This document shows, in pieces, positions 25,863-37,482 of a DNA stretch of 64,000 bases; positions within the stretch are counted from its first letter, which is position 1, and every line of letters starts with the position of its first letter. Origin of the DNA: Callorhinchus milii (Eukaryota); assembly GCF_018977255.1 (NCBI RefSeq), contig NW_024704849.1:62001-126000 (forward strand), in the 5' to 3' direction. The notes under the pieces are model-generated. The model was not told the origin of the DNA and did no database searches. It worked only from the letters and a program-made list of their open reading frames with translations. A program made the translations under genes and the position numbers.

Positions 25863-26323
25863 CCCTCCGCACAGAAGTAAATGGCGGTGTCTGATATTCG
25901 CACATCTTCGATTGTAAGCGTACAGTTTTTTATGTTTTCGATCAGCCAAAGCTCTTATCCTGTCCTTCATATTTACGTCGGTTTTTCCCAAAACCAAGAA
26001 CCGAATGGAGCCGTTTCCATAAAGTTGATACCACTGAAAGAGAGAGTTGGTCACAGTGGCGATGCATTCCATTGAAACATTTCCATTTTCATTCACTGTC
26101 ACGGCCTGAGGTGTCTGGGAGACATCACTTGCAGCCAAGACACCTGGAAAGAAAGTAGAAATGAATATTTTTGGAAAGGAATTCGGAAAACATCTGCCAC
26201 GACAGTTTGTAATTATTTATCAGGAAATAAAAGCATTTGCTTGCACACAACCATCATCTACTCACACCGTAGGAATACTATTACATTCAAAATCATATAT
26301 TTCGCATTGTGATTCTGCTTCAT
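25863..26323 (-). pseudogene. V gene, family F, with a single +1 homopolymer frameshift
   Basis: Leader 26266-26323 MKQNHNAKYMILNVIVFLR. V exon 25863-26143. Removing one base from the T6 run at 25926-25931 restores KNCTLTIEDVRISDTAIYFCAE. RSS: CACAGTG 25856-25862, 23 bp, ACAAAAACA. Confidence 0.8.
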
Positions 26324-27842
26324 TCTCAACTGCCGTCGATTCACGTCAATATCTTCCGTTGAAAGGCAACGAGAATTTATCTAAACGTAGCGTCTGGTTG
26401 ATAAGCATTTCTCCATTTCAGGAGTTGTCTCTTATCCCGGCGTCATTATCTTGTCTGTGATCTTTGGTGGAGGTGCATTGCGACTCCCCCTACCGTTTAC
26501 ATTCAGATTCACTTCTCCTCGCTGGGGCAAACAATAGTAACGCATCAAAGAGACAGTGCAGAGAGACCTGAGTACAAAGACTCAACAAAGTATACAAATA
26601 ATAATAATACTAAGTGCCTTATCAGGTCGTGGACACGTCTCGCATTGTCTGTGGAAAAAACGGTAAAATAACTTGACTGTGCTTTTAGAGTGAACCTCGG
26701 CAGCCTGATGCACACAGCTGTGCCACGCATACAGTCCTTGAATGCATGACCAATTTACCACTTTCTTACGGTGTTATTCCCCTGGCAAACTGTTCGCCAT
26801 TCGGCTGATAACCGGGTTCCTATTTACTGGTCGGTTAAACAGAAGCGTGTGCAGTCAGCAAATTTGCGCAGAATTGCTCAATGCTGTGAATCTCCACTGC
26901 ATGCGAGGCTAATGGTCTAACCACCAACCTATAGGACCCAGATGTGCTTTGGCAAAGAGCACAGGTCTTGATAATCGGTCGAGTTGCAGGAATACTGTAT
27001 GAAGAAATTTGTGTTTCTGGAAAAGAGATACCAAAAATCTCAAGATTCTGTAGAAACCAGGTTTAGGATTGATTCGGATATATGGAATAGATTTTTCATT
27101 AATCGTGGGAGCAGAACAGTCAGAGAATCCTGAAACACCCGTACATTATGTCGACTGATCCCTCACAATTTGTAACAAACTTTGATTCCAATAATCTACC
27201 TTTCGAGTATATCTGTTGTTCAGAATGGAAAGTGTCATCCAAGCAATTGGATGCGGTTAGCAACCTTCTGAAAACGGTTAGAAGAGTTGTGAAGGAATAT
27301 GCTTTATTGAACCATTTTTCACAGCCTTTCAAGCCAGTGGTGTCTTGTCAGAATTTCAGCGCCCGAGAGACACCCAGTGGTAAGACACCGCAATATAAAT
27401 GTTACCGTGAACCAGGAATAATAATATATATGTTTGCATTTGTTCCTTTGACATGTGATGCCGGTGAGGCGTCTGAAAGCGCTTCCCACAGTATACTGCA
27501 TGAATATATTGCCTGAAAGCGTGGTGGTAGCCAAATCGACAACATTTCAGGAGAGAAGCATTATACAGCAGAGAGATCGGATTAAGGGCGACTGGTTATT
27601 TGGGAGACAGGCAATAATCTAGAAAAAGTGACACAGAAGCTGCTTCTTGAGTAAACTAAATCTTTTGTTACTTATGCTTCGGAGAAAACTTTGTATATTT
27701 CAGCTGAAGCAGCAATATTGTATGAGTGAACCAATGTTAAATGTAACAGGAAGCAGCTGTTAGTGTTGCCAAGGAAGATAGTTGCAGAAAGGAAAGTGAA
27801 AAGTTGTACAAGTTGCAGCTCATGTTGTAAATGTGTTTGTTT

Positions 27843-27858
27843 CGCCTTCTGCTGGTGA
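27843..27858 (-). promoter_or_regulatory. CTCF motif within the repeated module
   Basis: Minus strand TCACCAGCAGAAGGCG, in the same module context (~27560-27900). Confidence 0.6.
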
Positions 27859-28505
27859 ATTGCAGCTACATCACTTGTACAATTGGAGACATTTGATGGC
27901 AAATATTTTTCATCCTATTTTTTATTTCCCATTCTGTACGGCAGTACTTGAATATGAGTTCTTGTGTTTGATGATATCCTGCTGAATAATACCCCACAGA
28001 AAGGCTCGTACATGTGGTGGCATTGCCCCAGAAAGCAAGACTTCGAGATTATTACTGCGACCATAACATGATTAAATTTAATTATAATTATAATCTTTTC
28101 ATTCGCTATTGTATATTGTTACACCTTCCAGACGCCGCAAACTACTTCACATATTACACTGTATACGAATTGGCTGCACATTGTGTGAGCGAAACACCGC
28201 AGCCAATCGTTCGCATCAGTGTCCCATTGAGTTGAGTGACTAATTTGTTATCAGTATTGAAGGAAACTTTACCCCTGTAAAAGCCATCTGTCCCTAATCT
28301 AACAAAGTCCTTTCGCTCTCACCACTGAGCTATATGACACCACATGTCCTGCAGACATGACATGGACATCCCGTCATTTACAAGGAAATGGAGGGAAACT
28401 GGGAGGCAATGAGTGCTGAGCAGTTATTGTGATGAACAAGAGGGGAATTCCTGGCAGATCACTGGAGGTTTGTGTACGGCCTCTCTGTGTGACTGTCTCA
28501 CTGTG

Positions 28506-28960
28506 TCTCCACTGCACACAAATAGGTGGCGGCGTCTGTCACTACGGTGTGTCTCATACTCAGATTACTTTTCCCGTCTCTATAGCTCATCGTAGCTGTG
28601 ATCCTCTCCTTCTCCTGCTCTCCTGTCTTTCCTGTTACCAAGTGTGTGAGAGCCTGGTTCGGATACTGTCTGTACCATTGTAAGGTCTGACTGGTATCTG
28701 TTGTGGAACAGCTGATAAACACTTGTTCCTTCTCCCAAACAGTCACAGAGAGTGGCGACTGTGAGACTGTATCCTGACCACTCACTCCTGGTAAATACAA
28801 GAAAATCTGTAAATAAAACTCACTCGTTAATTGCGGTCGAATTAAATACAATTTCTCGCAAAGCGCAAGCGGGGTTTATCGGTGAAACGTACTCACCCCA
28901 TAGGAACACCGCAGCTTTCAGGAGGATGAAGAGTAAAGTATATTCGCGATTTATAGCCAT
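28506..28960 (-). CDS. TRAV/DV: TCR alpha/delta V gene, family G, apparently functional
   Basis: Leader 28897-28960 MAINREYTLLFILLKAAVFLW, G|GTGAG. V exon 28506-28787 ...C...WYRQ...YLCAVET. RSS: CACAGTG 28499-28505, 23 bp, ACACAAACC. Confidence 0.92.
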
Positions 28961-30485
28961 CTTTCAACGCTTTAGTGAAGAAATGTACGTTTCCTTTAAA
29001 CCTTAGGCAGGTTTCCTTATTCCAAGCCCTTCTGTCTACCGAATAATAGATAGGAAACCTGCTTGTTAGTCGATTTGCAGATACCGTTCCAGTTGAAATT
29101 GTCCCTGAAAAAAAATTGTCACTCAATCCACGACTGTTTGAGGATCTCTGCTGTGTCCAATTCGTACTCGAGTTTCGCCCATGAAATACGCAGTCACTAA
29201 CTTTGCAGTATTGTCTGTCAAGCGATTTGTGGTGTCTCGTTAATTGATACGCGCTGTATCAAATGGCAAGGATTATTATCAGATAGATATTCAAAAAGAA
29301 GGTTGGACGAGGTATTCAGTGGAGGCCGCTGAGTGTGTGCAGACGGCTCGTGAATGGCCTCATGTGTGTTGGTTTCACATCCCCGGGGGCACATTTTCAA
29401 TTTGGTAACGAGCCATTGAGAGGGTTCAAAACGAAAAGGGAGGATCCACGTGAAGTCAGCAGTTTCTCAGATGTCTCTGCCCCAGTTAGTTGAAAGTTTC
29501 CTTCCCGCCCCTTTCCGGTCTCTGTTTCCGGGTTACAGCCATTTGGGTAAAAAACAGGTTGGTTTGTATGTTCAAAGCGTTTTCTGGCCTAATTCACAGC
29601 TTCATGTCATTGCACTGTTCTGTGTAGTTCGCAGAATCAGACTTCATAATTTACCATTTATTTTCGTTAACTGGGAATCTGTCACATGTGGAAACCCATC
29701 ATCTTGATTATGGTTATTCAAATCCAGATCAAGCGGAGAAATATCGTGTTAATCGTTCCATTTGATACAACATCTTATCGCATCTTTTAGACGGCCGAAA
29801 GTGCCTCGACGAATATAATGTAAAGTAATATAAGGACAAGTTGAGAGTGGGAGACAGGATTTGTCCCTAAATTGTCCTAAGAAACCTCTTTCCCACCCAA
29901 CGTACCCAGTTATGACGAAGAGTCGGTGACCGGAATCGTTGACTCACTTTACTTTCTCAATAGATGGGGTCTAACCTGTTGAGTATCTCCAGCTCTCTCT
30001 GTTTTTGTTTCAGATTCCAGCATCTGCAGTATTTTGTGTTTCGATAACGTAGAGTAAATTGACAGTATGATTTGCGGATAAATTACGCAGCCAATTGTGC
30101 ACAGCAATGCCACAAATATCTAGTTGTGAAACATGTTTTAATGATTGTTATTAAATACATTTTTGGGGTATTGCCAAAATTTCATACTTATAGTTCGATA
30201 AACAGCGGCGAGCGTGTAAATAAAGGAAGCTTGGGTCGGGTTTAGCGCTCTCATGACCGTCAATAAAACCCAGGTCCTCTCGTTTGCAAGGCGAGTGTTA
30301 TAACCACAATATTACAGGACAGCAAAGCCCTGCATACGTGACACGAACAGGCCGTCATCAACAAGGAAATTGAGGTAAACTTAGTGCGGTGAGTGCTGAG
30401 CAGTTATTGTGATGAACAAGAGGGGAATTGCTGACTGATCACTGCGGGTTTGTGTACGGCCTCTCTATGTGATTATGTCACTGTG

Positions 30486-30934
30486 TCTCCACTGCACACA
30501 AGTAGGTGGCGGCGTCTGTCACTTCTGTGCCTGTGATGCTCAGATTACTGCCCTTCTCTTTATAGTTCATTGTTGCTGTGATCCTCTCCTTCTGCTGCTC
30601 TCCTGTCTTTCCTGTTACCAAGTGTTTGAGAGCCTGGTTCGGATACTGTCTGTACCACTGTAAAGTTTGAGTCGTTCCTTTTGCGGAACAATTGATAAGC
30701 ACATTTTCCTTCTCCCCAACAGTCACAGAGAGTGGCGATTGGTAGACTTTTTCCTGACCACTGACTCCTGGTAAATGAAAGAAAATCTGTTAATGAAACT
30801 CACTCGTTAATTGTTTTCGAATTAAATGAAATGTCTCACAAATCCCAAGCGGGGTTTATCTGTGAAGCACACTCACCCCTGAGGAACACGGCAGCTTGCA
30901 GGAGGATGAAGAAAAAAGTGTATTCGCGCTTCAT
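30486..30934 (-). CDS. TRAV/DV: TCR alpha/delta V gene, family G, apparently functional (tandem paralog of 28506-28960)
   Basis: Leader 30877-30934 MKREYTFFFILLQAAVFLR. V exon 30486-30767 GVSGQEKVYQ...YLCAVET. RSS: CACAGTG 30479-30485, 23 bp, ACACAAACC. Confidence 0.92.
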
Positions 30935-31563
30935 AGCCAATCTTTCAGCGCTTTAATGAAGAAACGAAAATTGCCTTTAAAACCGTAGGCAGTTTTCCTT
31001 ATTCCACGCGTCTCTCTTTAATGGACAGTAAACAGGAACCCGACTGCGAGTCGATCTTCGGATCGCTTTACAGGGCTATCGATCCCTCAAAAAGATTGTC
31101 ACTCAATCCACGACTCTTCGAGCTACTCTGCGGTCCACGGTTCGTTCTCGAGTTTCGCCGCCCAACCAATACACGGTCACAACACTTGAGAGTGTATTCT
31201 ATGAAGCGATTTGAGACGCCTCAGAGACGAGATAAGGCACTTTATCAACGGTCGAAAATTATTATGCCATAGACAGTCAACAGAATGCAGGAGGAGTTGT
31301 TCAGTGGAAGCCCCTGAATGTGTGCAGACGGCTGGAAATGGCCTAATGTGTGTTGGCTTCACATCCCCGGGGACGAGTGGCAATTTGGTAACGAGGAGAA
31401 AGGAGTCATTGAGAGGGTTCAAAGCGAAATGGTAGGAGCCATGTGTCGACAGCAGTTTCTTAGATATCTCTGCCCCAATAAGTTGAAAGCTTTCTTCCCT
31501 CTCCTTTCCTCTCTACACTTCTGGGTTACACCAGTTTGGGTACAAAACACACGTTTTCAAGCA

Positions 31564-31593
31564 NNNNNNNNNNNNNNNNNNNNNNNNNNNNNN
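31564..31593. other. Assembly gap (30 N); further Ns at 25179 and 39502-39701
   Basis: Runs of N in the sequence. Confidence 1.
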
Positions 31594-32742
31594 CTACACC
31601 CCTCCCTGTTTGACTCGATAGGTAGTGAAACCTCTTAATGGTTTATATATCGGAGCAAAGTAAGTCATCATCATGTCTCCGCGTTTACAGATGAGGCTCG
31701 CCGGGATACTGACTCTATCAGAACATTAAAACATTGTTGAAATCAGCAGAGTAGGTGCAGCCCAGTGTTACAGTCTGATCTTCAGTAACAGGCACTTCCA
31801 TTGTGATTTGAAATAATTGATTATCTAAAATTCATCTGCTGTAAGCTACATAATAATCATTGCATTTGATGGAGTCATTGTGTGTTTCCTGCAGGAGCGC
31901 ACAGCAGTGTCCCACGAACAGTCGTTTATTGAGGGACCTATCAGTGAAAACCTCCATGTTAAATGCAAGGATTAATTAGTAATAATACCAACTTGTTTAA
32001 TGCAGGGTTTACTGTCTCCGAGAATGATCCGTCAGTCGACTTATAAAAGGCTTCGTACTCACAGCTAAGAAAACAGAAGTGTTTGCGGATTGAGGAAACT
32101 TGCCCAACATTTCTCCCAGCCTGGGATTCGATCCCAGGTCCTCTCGCTTGCGAATCGAGTTATCTAACCACTGAGGCACTGGACTCCACTGACAGTAAAG
32201 TATAACTTCACAGATTCTCTGCGTGAATATTAGTGTCATGTATTTTTTAATTATTGAGACTTGGTTCATATTATTATTTTACTGACCATAATCATACAGA
32301 ATGTTTAAGCTCCTCTCGCAATCTAAAAAAGAAACTGTTGGTTGCGACGATTTTACAACGAAATACAATGACATTTACATCATAATATCTCAAGCGCTTT
32401 TTGACTCTCAATGAAGTGATACGCCACGACATCAAACACAAGGACTATAACATTTTTATTCGGTTTTTATTACCGCAATTATTAACATCTGTAACAAACT
32501 AATCATCTAAATTCCGAAAAAACGTTATCACAATCTATTATCTGTTGGTGAAAAAAGTATATACAACGAGTAAAGTTACACATATTTTAATGACTTGATA
32601 TGAGCTCAATAAAGTGTAAGGCACGGTGGCAGTTTGGAGATGATCTGTTGCACCGTCTGTCACTAACTGTACTGTACTGTTTCCCAGCGTTGGTTGTGAT
32701 GAGGGTTATTGTACGAGGCTTCTTATGATGTGTATCCCTGTG

Positions 32743-33044
32743 GTGCAGACTGAGTGCACAGTGATACAGAGCGGAGTCTGTCAGCCGCAGTCCCGCGATG
32801 GTTAAAACGCTGATTTTCTTGGCAGTGTCAAGAGAAGCAGAAATATGATCTCCAGTGGGGTTTCCTCCCTCTCCTGAGGGTTTTCTGTGGAGCAGGTATT
32901 TCAGTCCCTCGCCAGGGGACTGACGGTACCAGGAGACGCTGAAATCCTGTCCGCAGAACCCTGAGTATTGGCAATGTAAATGTATTCTCTCAACTGCAAC
33001 AGCAGTTTGTTCAGGCGGTGACTGGGAAACACTATAGCTCGATC
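32743..33044 (-). CDS. STCRDV: Leaderless NAR-TCR-supporting TCR-delta V segment, intact
   Basis: Absent from the ORF track (no start codon). Hand translation from acceptor CCCACAG|GA: SSYSVSQSPPEQTAVAVERIHLHCQYSGFCGQDFSVSWYRQSPGEGLKYLLHRKPSGEGGNPTGDHISASLDTAKKISVLTIAGLRLTDSALYHCALSLH, with an extra Cys in CDR1. RSS: CACAGGG 32736-32742, 23 bp, ACAATAACC 32704-32712. Confidence 0.88.
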
Positions 33045-33289
33045 CTGTGGGTTTTAAATTACAGGTTACAGGTTAGAAATTGACATATTTCTACACAAAT
33101 TTCATTTGATGTATTGCCTTAACGTTTGAATGAGATGCCTCATAGCATCTCACAGAATGCACACTAAACGTGATCGACTTTATATTCTGGTTGCAAATCG
33201 AAAACAAATTGCACAAACAAGTCGCGCATTCCATAAAGAAATATTTACATGAGTAAAAAAAAACACTCATCGCCTCCTTTCTGCTTCTT

Positions 33290-33560
33290 TTGCCAATTTT
33301 CTAACATCTATGTTCATCGTTTACCGACGCACCTACAAGAGTAAACAATTCCCACCTATCTACTTCATCAAAACTCCTCATCATTTTGAACACATCTATT
33401 AAATGTCACGTTAACCATTCTTTCTATAAGGAGAACAATTGCTGCCACTATTCTCCTCATATAAGTGAAGATCTGCATCGCTAGTATCAGTCCGCTAATC
33501 TCCTTTGCACCTTGTTCAAGGCCTGTACACGCTTCCTAATGTGTCCCTGAAAGGCTTTAT
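33290..33560 (-). mobile_element. CR1-like LINE 3' fragment
   Basis: Resembles the CR1 fragments at ~38740-39060 and ~57790-58170. Boundaries approximate. Confidence 0.5.
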
Positions 33561-33784
33561 ACCTAATGTAAGCTATATGGTTACAATAGCGACGCAAAGA
33601 GCAGTGAAATCGATTAATATAAGTAGCTCCTGTAATTGAGCCAGATTTTAGTGCAGACATGATTCATGTGGCGATTTTTGTGCCAACAATAATACAAACA
33701 CTCATAAATGCAACATTTAATTAAGCTTTGTTTGTCTGATCTTAAACTGGTTTGCCAAAGCTTTTTGACCACATTGAAGCTTTG

Positions 33785-33960
33785 GGTGTCTGTGATCATG
33801 GGAATGTTTAGCAGAGAATCAGGTGTCAGATTGTTCCGTTAACTCAGTAGGTTTACAGTTGAGGCAAATGGAAAGTTTCCTGCTGTAAATGTTTGCACTT
33901 TAACATCGCTGCTGGAGGAGGTTCATTCTCTGGCGTGTTGCCAACATCTGTTTCCGTGTC
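33785..33960. promoter_or_regulatory. Conserved non-coding element upstream of the supporting V (paralog ~39283-39500)
   Basis: 43-nt block 33850-33892 is identical to 39348-39390. Contains E-boxes, a GGAAA-G-TTTCC palindrome and an ETS-like core. Confidence 0.55.
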
Positions 33961-34003
33961 CGTGAACTGCTCAATGGATTTCACTTGTATAAGGAGCAAA
34001 GTG

Positions 34004-34050
<47 letters not shown>

Positions 34051-34170
34051 TCCTTCTTTCTTCTTTCTTTCTTTCTACCTTTATCTCACTGTTTCTTTCA
34101 CTCTTTCTTTCACTTTCTTTCATTCTTTCTTTCTCTTTTTCACGCTTTCTCTCTTTCACTCTTTCTTTTT
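34004..34170. repeat. (TTTC)n microsatellite, degenerating rightward
   Basis: Direct inspection. The N gap at 39502-39701 sits at the paralogous position. Confidence 0.95.
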
Positions 34171-35525
34171 ATTCGTTCTTTTTTCAGTGTATCTGTCTTT
34201 TGTAAGTTCTTCCTTTTTTTGTTTCGGCTTTATAATCAATTATTTCGCTATCTTACTTCTTTTTATCTTTCTTGATCTTGATGTACTGTTCCGTCTGTCT
34301 GTTTTTTTCACTGTGCAATGATGTTCGCAATTAATTGACTTATATTAAATTGTTTAGTGACTTTCTGGCCAGCAGTACGCTGAGAAGCGCTTCAAGGAAC
34401 ATACTGTAAAATGAATTCGCTATGGATATCCCCCACAATATCTAAATTCAATTTCAGTTTATGTTGTATTCTGTTAAGAGCATTGAGACGTCTCCGCGAT
34501 TGAAAAGGGGCTGTACCAAAAGCAATGTTTAGGAGCAATTGAAATTCTATCCTATTTGCTCTATTGCAGAGTTAGCACGCAATAAGTGCACAAGAAGTAC
34601 TAGACGGAAAAAGTCCAAAATCCATCTAGTTCGCCTTTAAATTTCCCGTAGGTCTGCTTTCATCGTCTCCATTGCATACATTATTTGTTCACTGAAATAT
34701 TGCTACGGCAGATTTGTGTTGAATTGACCTGCTTCATTCGTAGGCCATACCCTCTGCCTCTAATGTACCGTACAAGATAAAACAGATTGTCATTGTCTAC
34801 ATTACTTACAACCCTCTTTTGATAAAAAAAGAATGTGCTCGCGCTCTTGAAAGTTTGCTTAGTGGTGTATAATGTCTCCAGGATATCAGTTACGATGTGC
34901 TGTACTGAATTAACTAGGAAATAACCAGACACGCTTTAGTTCAATGGTCCTGTCCGTTTACTGCCGTTTACTGGTAATTGGTGGCATTTGTGCAAAAAAT
35001 ATATTTTGCTGGGTTTCTAACACACATCACCATTCAAAAAATAATCCAAAACTAAATGATAGTATCATGCAATTCTGAAAATATGCGTGACTCAAGAATG
35101 GAATAGATATTATATGCTCTGGAGGACACAACATGCTTATCGTTCCATTGGTGACTGACAATTTTTCAGACTGCTTGTCAAGCGTGTAATACACTCCTCT
35201 TTTGGCCTTTGGCTTGCCGAGTAAAAGGGATCTCAGTGAAGTTAATCCCTGCTTCTCGTGCCTGTTCTGCTCTTCAAGCTCCTGCAGCTGAGCTGGTCTG
35301 TGTTGTGATCAGCAGTGACCTGGAATACCAGGGACCCGCCTCGTTCAGGAACCCAAAGAGAGATCGTCACAAAGATTATCTGTATTCCGCCATTGAATTG
35401 CAGAATTACGTCGTTTGCTCCAGGGCTTTGTTATTGACATCCCAGCGAGCCATATGCAAGCACATGTACTTACAAATTCACATGAATAAGCACTTTTTCC
35501 TTCCATAGAAATTGATCGCACTTAC

Positions 35526-35876
35526 TTTCTGTTACTGTTACTGCTGTTCCAGTTCCATATTTTCCTTTTCCTGAACTTCTCACTTTATGTCGATATACAT
35601 CGTATCCAGCTCGACAGTGATAGATAGCGCTGTCTTGAACTTTCAAGTCATTGATTTCCAGTGAAAATGAATTCGATCCCTGCTCTGCTTTTATAAAAAA
35701 TCGTCCGTCGCCAGGGATGGACTTCCATTGCGTCCCTTTTCCAATCTGTCTAAAAAATTCCATGTGCTTGAAAGTTTCACAAGATCCTCCGTCAAAGACA
35801 CATTTGATGGACAATGACTCGCATTTTTCTCTTGTAAGAGAGGGGGGCGTCTGCTTTACTGAGGCGCGGAGAACAC
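35526..35876 (-). CDS. Germline-joined NAR-type VDJ exon (351 nt), no RSS
   Basis: Acceptor TTTTCAG| at 35877, open frame ...YHCRAGYDVYRHKVRSSGKGKYGTGTAVTVTE, donor A|GTAAG at 35525. Extra Cys in FR1 and CDR1. Confidence 0.92.
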
Positions 35877-37131
35877 CTGAAAATTTTACACAACATAAAA
35901 TCAATTTACCAGATATGAAACGGCCTGGTACTTTTGTGAATAAATTCGAAGGCTTCGGTTGAATTCGATTAACATCGCAAATTGTAATAATGACAGTTAT
36001 CGCTCAAAGTGAAATACTGCGGACCCGCCTGGCTGCAGAAATAATTAACTGCGCATCTCAAAGGCTGGGCTGGAGTGCGCCAATACTTTGCCAACAGATC
36101 ACATCAGAAACAATTCAGCTCCGAGATGACCCCTTATTATGATTCTAAATATCTAAATGATTCCCAAGACTTGGCTTGAATTCGTTTGAATTTGCAAATT
36201 GCGGTGATGACAAATGGCGCTTCGGGATGCCTACAAGATGCCAACCCAAGTTACAATTGTTGACTCCAGCATAAGATTTATCAAGTAAATTTGCACTTCT
36301 GAATTAAGAAAAGCTTAACGGACACAATTCACTCCCTCGAAGGATGTGTTGAATTGGAATGATTGGCTGGCTCCTCCAAATGTTGTGCACAGCCTCATCC
36401 TGTGCTCTAATACTCAAGGAATCTATGATTATGTTTCGTTCAACATGATATAGGGAACAGAGCTACCACCATGTTTAAAAGTAACCGAAACAAACCGTCA
36501 ATTTTGTGCCATTCTGTTAATCTGTTGTCCCCAATTACGCAAAAAATCTTCCCTAATTGGGCACGTCCTGCGAAGTTTTACATTAAAATCTTTGCCTGTA
36601 CACCTATACCGGTTCTTGTCCAGCTTGCAAAACTTCGCAGTTTATTGCAAGTTGTATTTCCTGTTTAATGGGAGCAGAGTGGGTGAAAGACCATGCCACT
36701 GTGAATCATCGGCCTTTTCAACACATATCACCTTGGAGCCAGTCTAGAGCCGAGGAGTACCCATTAGTATTGCCCGCGGTACGGTAGAAGAAATCAGGGA
36801 TTGTGCTCTAATCTAACACAGGCTGCATGAATTGGTTACCTTAATTTATATGAAATATGTCCTCCAGGCATGTTATTTTGGAACCACAGTCCAGACAATA
36901 TCAGAGGCTTTACAGAAAAGGAAATAAAAGCGGGTAATTTGATAAAACAGCATCATCTAGGGAGAAGATTAGCGTTTACTCAACATAAAGTACTATTTTC
37001 CTAGCTGGTCACGAGAATTGTTCAAATGATGCAGTTGCAAATCATTGGGATCAATGAGGTGCAGCAAAGCACTTTATCAATTAGCTTGACTAAAGCATTC
37101 TAGTACTTCGATCGAAATTATTCGCGCTTAC

Positions 37132-37482
37132 TCTTTTTTACAGTTACTTCAGTTCCAGTTCCATCTGTAGTTTTTCCTGCGTTTCTCATAGTACAGCGAT
37201 AATCTTCATACAGCGCTCGACAGTAATAGATACCGCTGTCTTGAACTTCCAAATCGCTGATTTGTAGAGCAAATGAAGTCGATCCCTCGTCTGCTTTCAC
37301 AGTAAACCGTCCATCATCAGGGATTGACTCCAATTGTGTTCCATTTCCAATCTGTCTGAAAAATTCCATGCTCTTGAATGTCACAACAGATCCGGCTTCA
37401 AAGGCGCATTGAATTGATATGGACTCGCATTCTTTTCCCGTAAGTGAGGTTGGTGTCTGCTTTACCGAGACACTGACAACAT
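37132..37482 (-). CDS. Germline-joined NAR-type VDJ exon (351 nt), no RSS
   Basis: Acceptor GTTTCAG| at 37483, ...YYCRALYEDYRCTMRNAGKTTDGTGTEVTVKK, donor A|GTAAG at 37131. Extra Cys in FR1 and CDR3. Confidence 0.92.

Noticed and set aside
33880-33990. Possible small coding exon in the conserved intron element (ETDVGNTPENEPPPAAMLK vs ETDTGNKSESKPPLAAILK*)
   Set aside because: The paralog has in-frame stops, the differences are not mainly synonymous, and I found no convincing splice sites. A regulatory role fits better.
33893-34321. 142-aa Phe/Leu/Ser-rich ORF resembling a membrane protein, plus overlapping ORFs
   Set aside because: Translation of the (TTTC)n microsatellite.
36081-36140. Candidate leader donor CAAA|GTATTG upstream of the 35526 exon
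   Set aside because: The in-frame upstream sequence hits TGA before any ATG.
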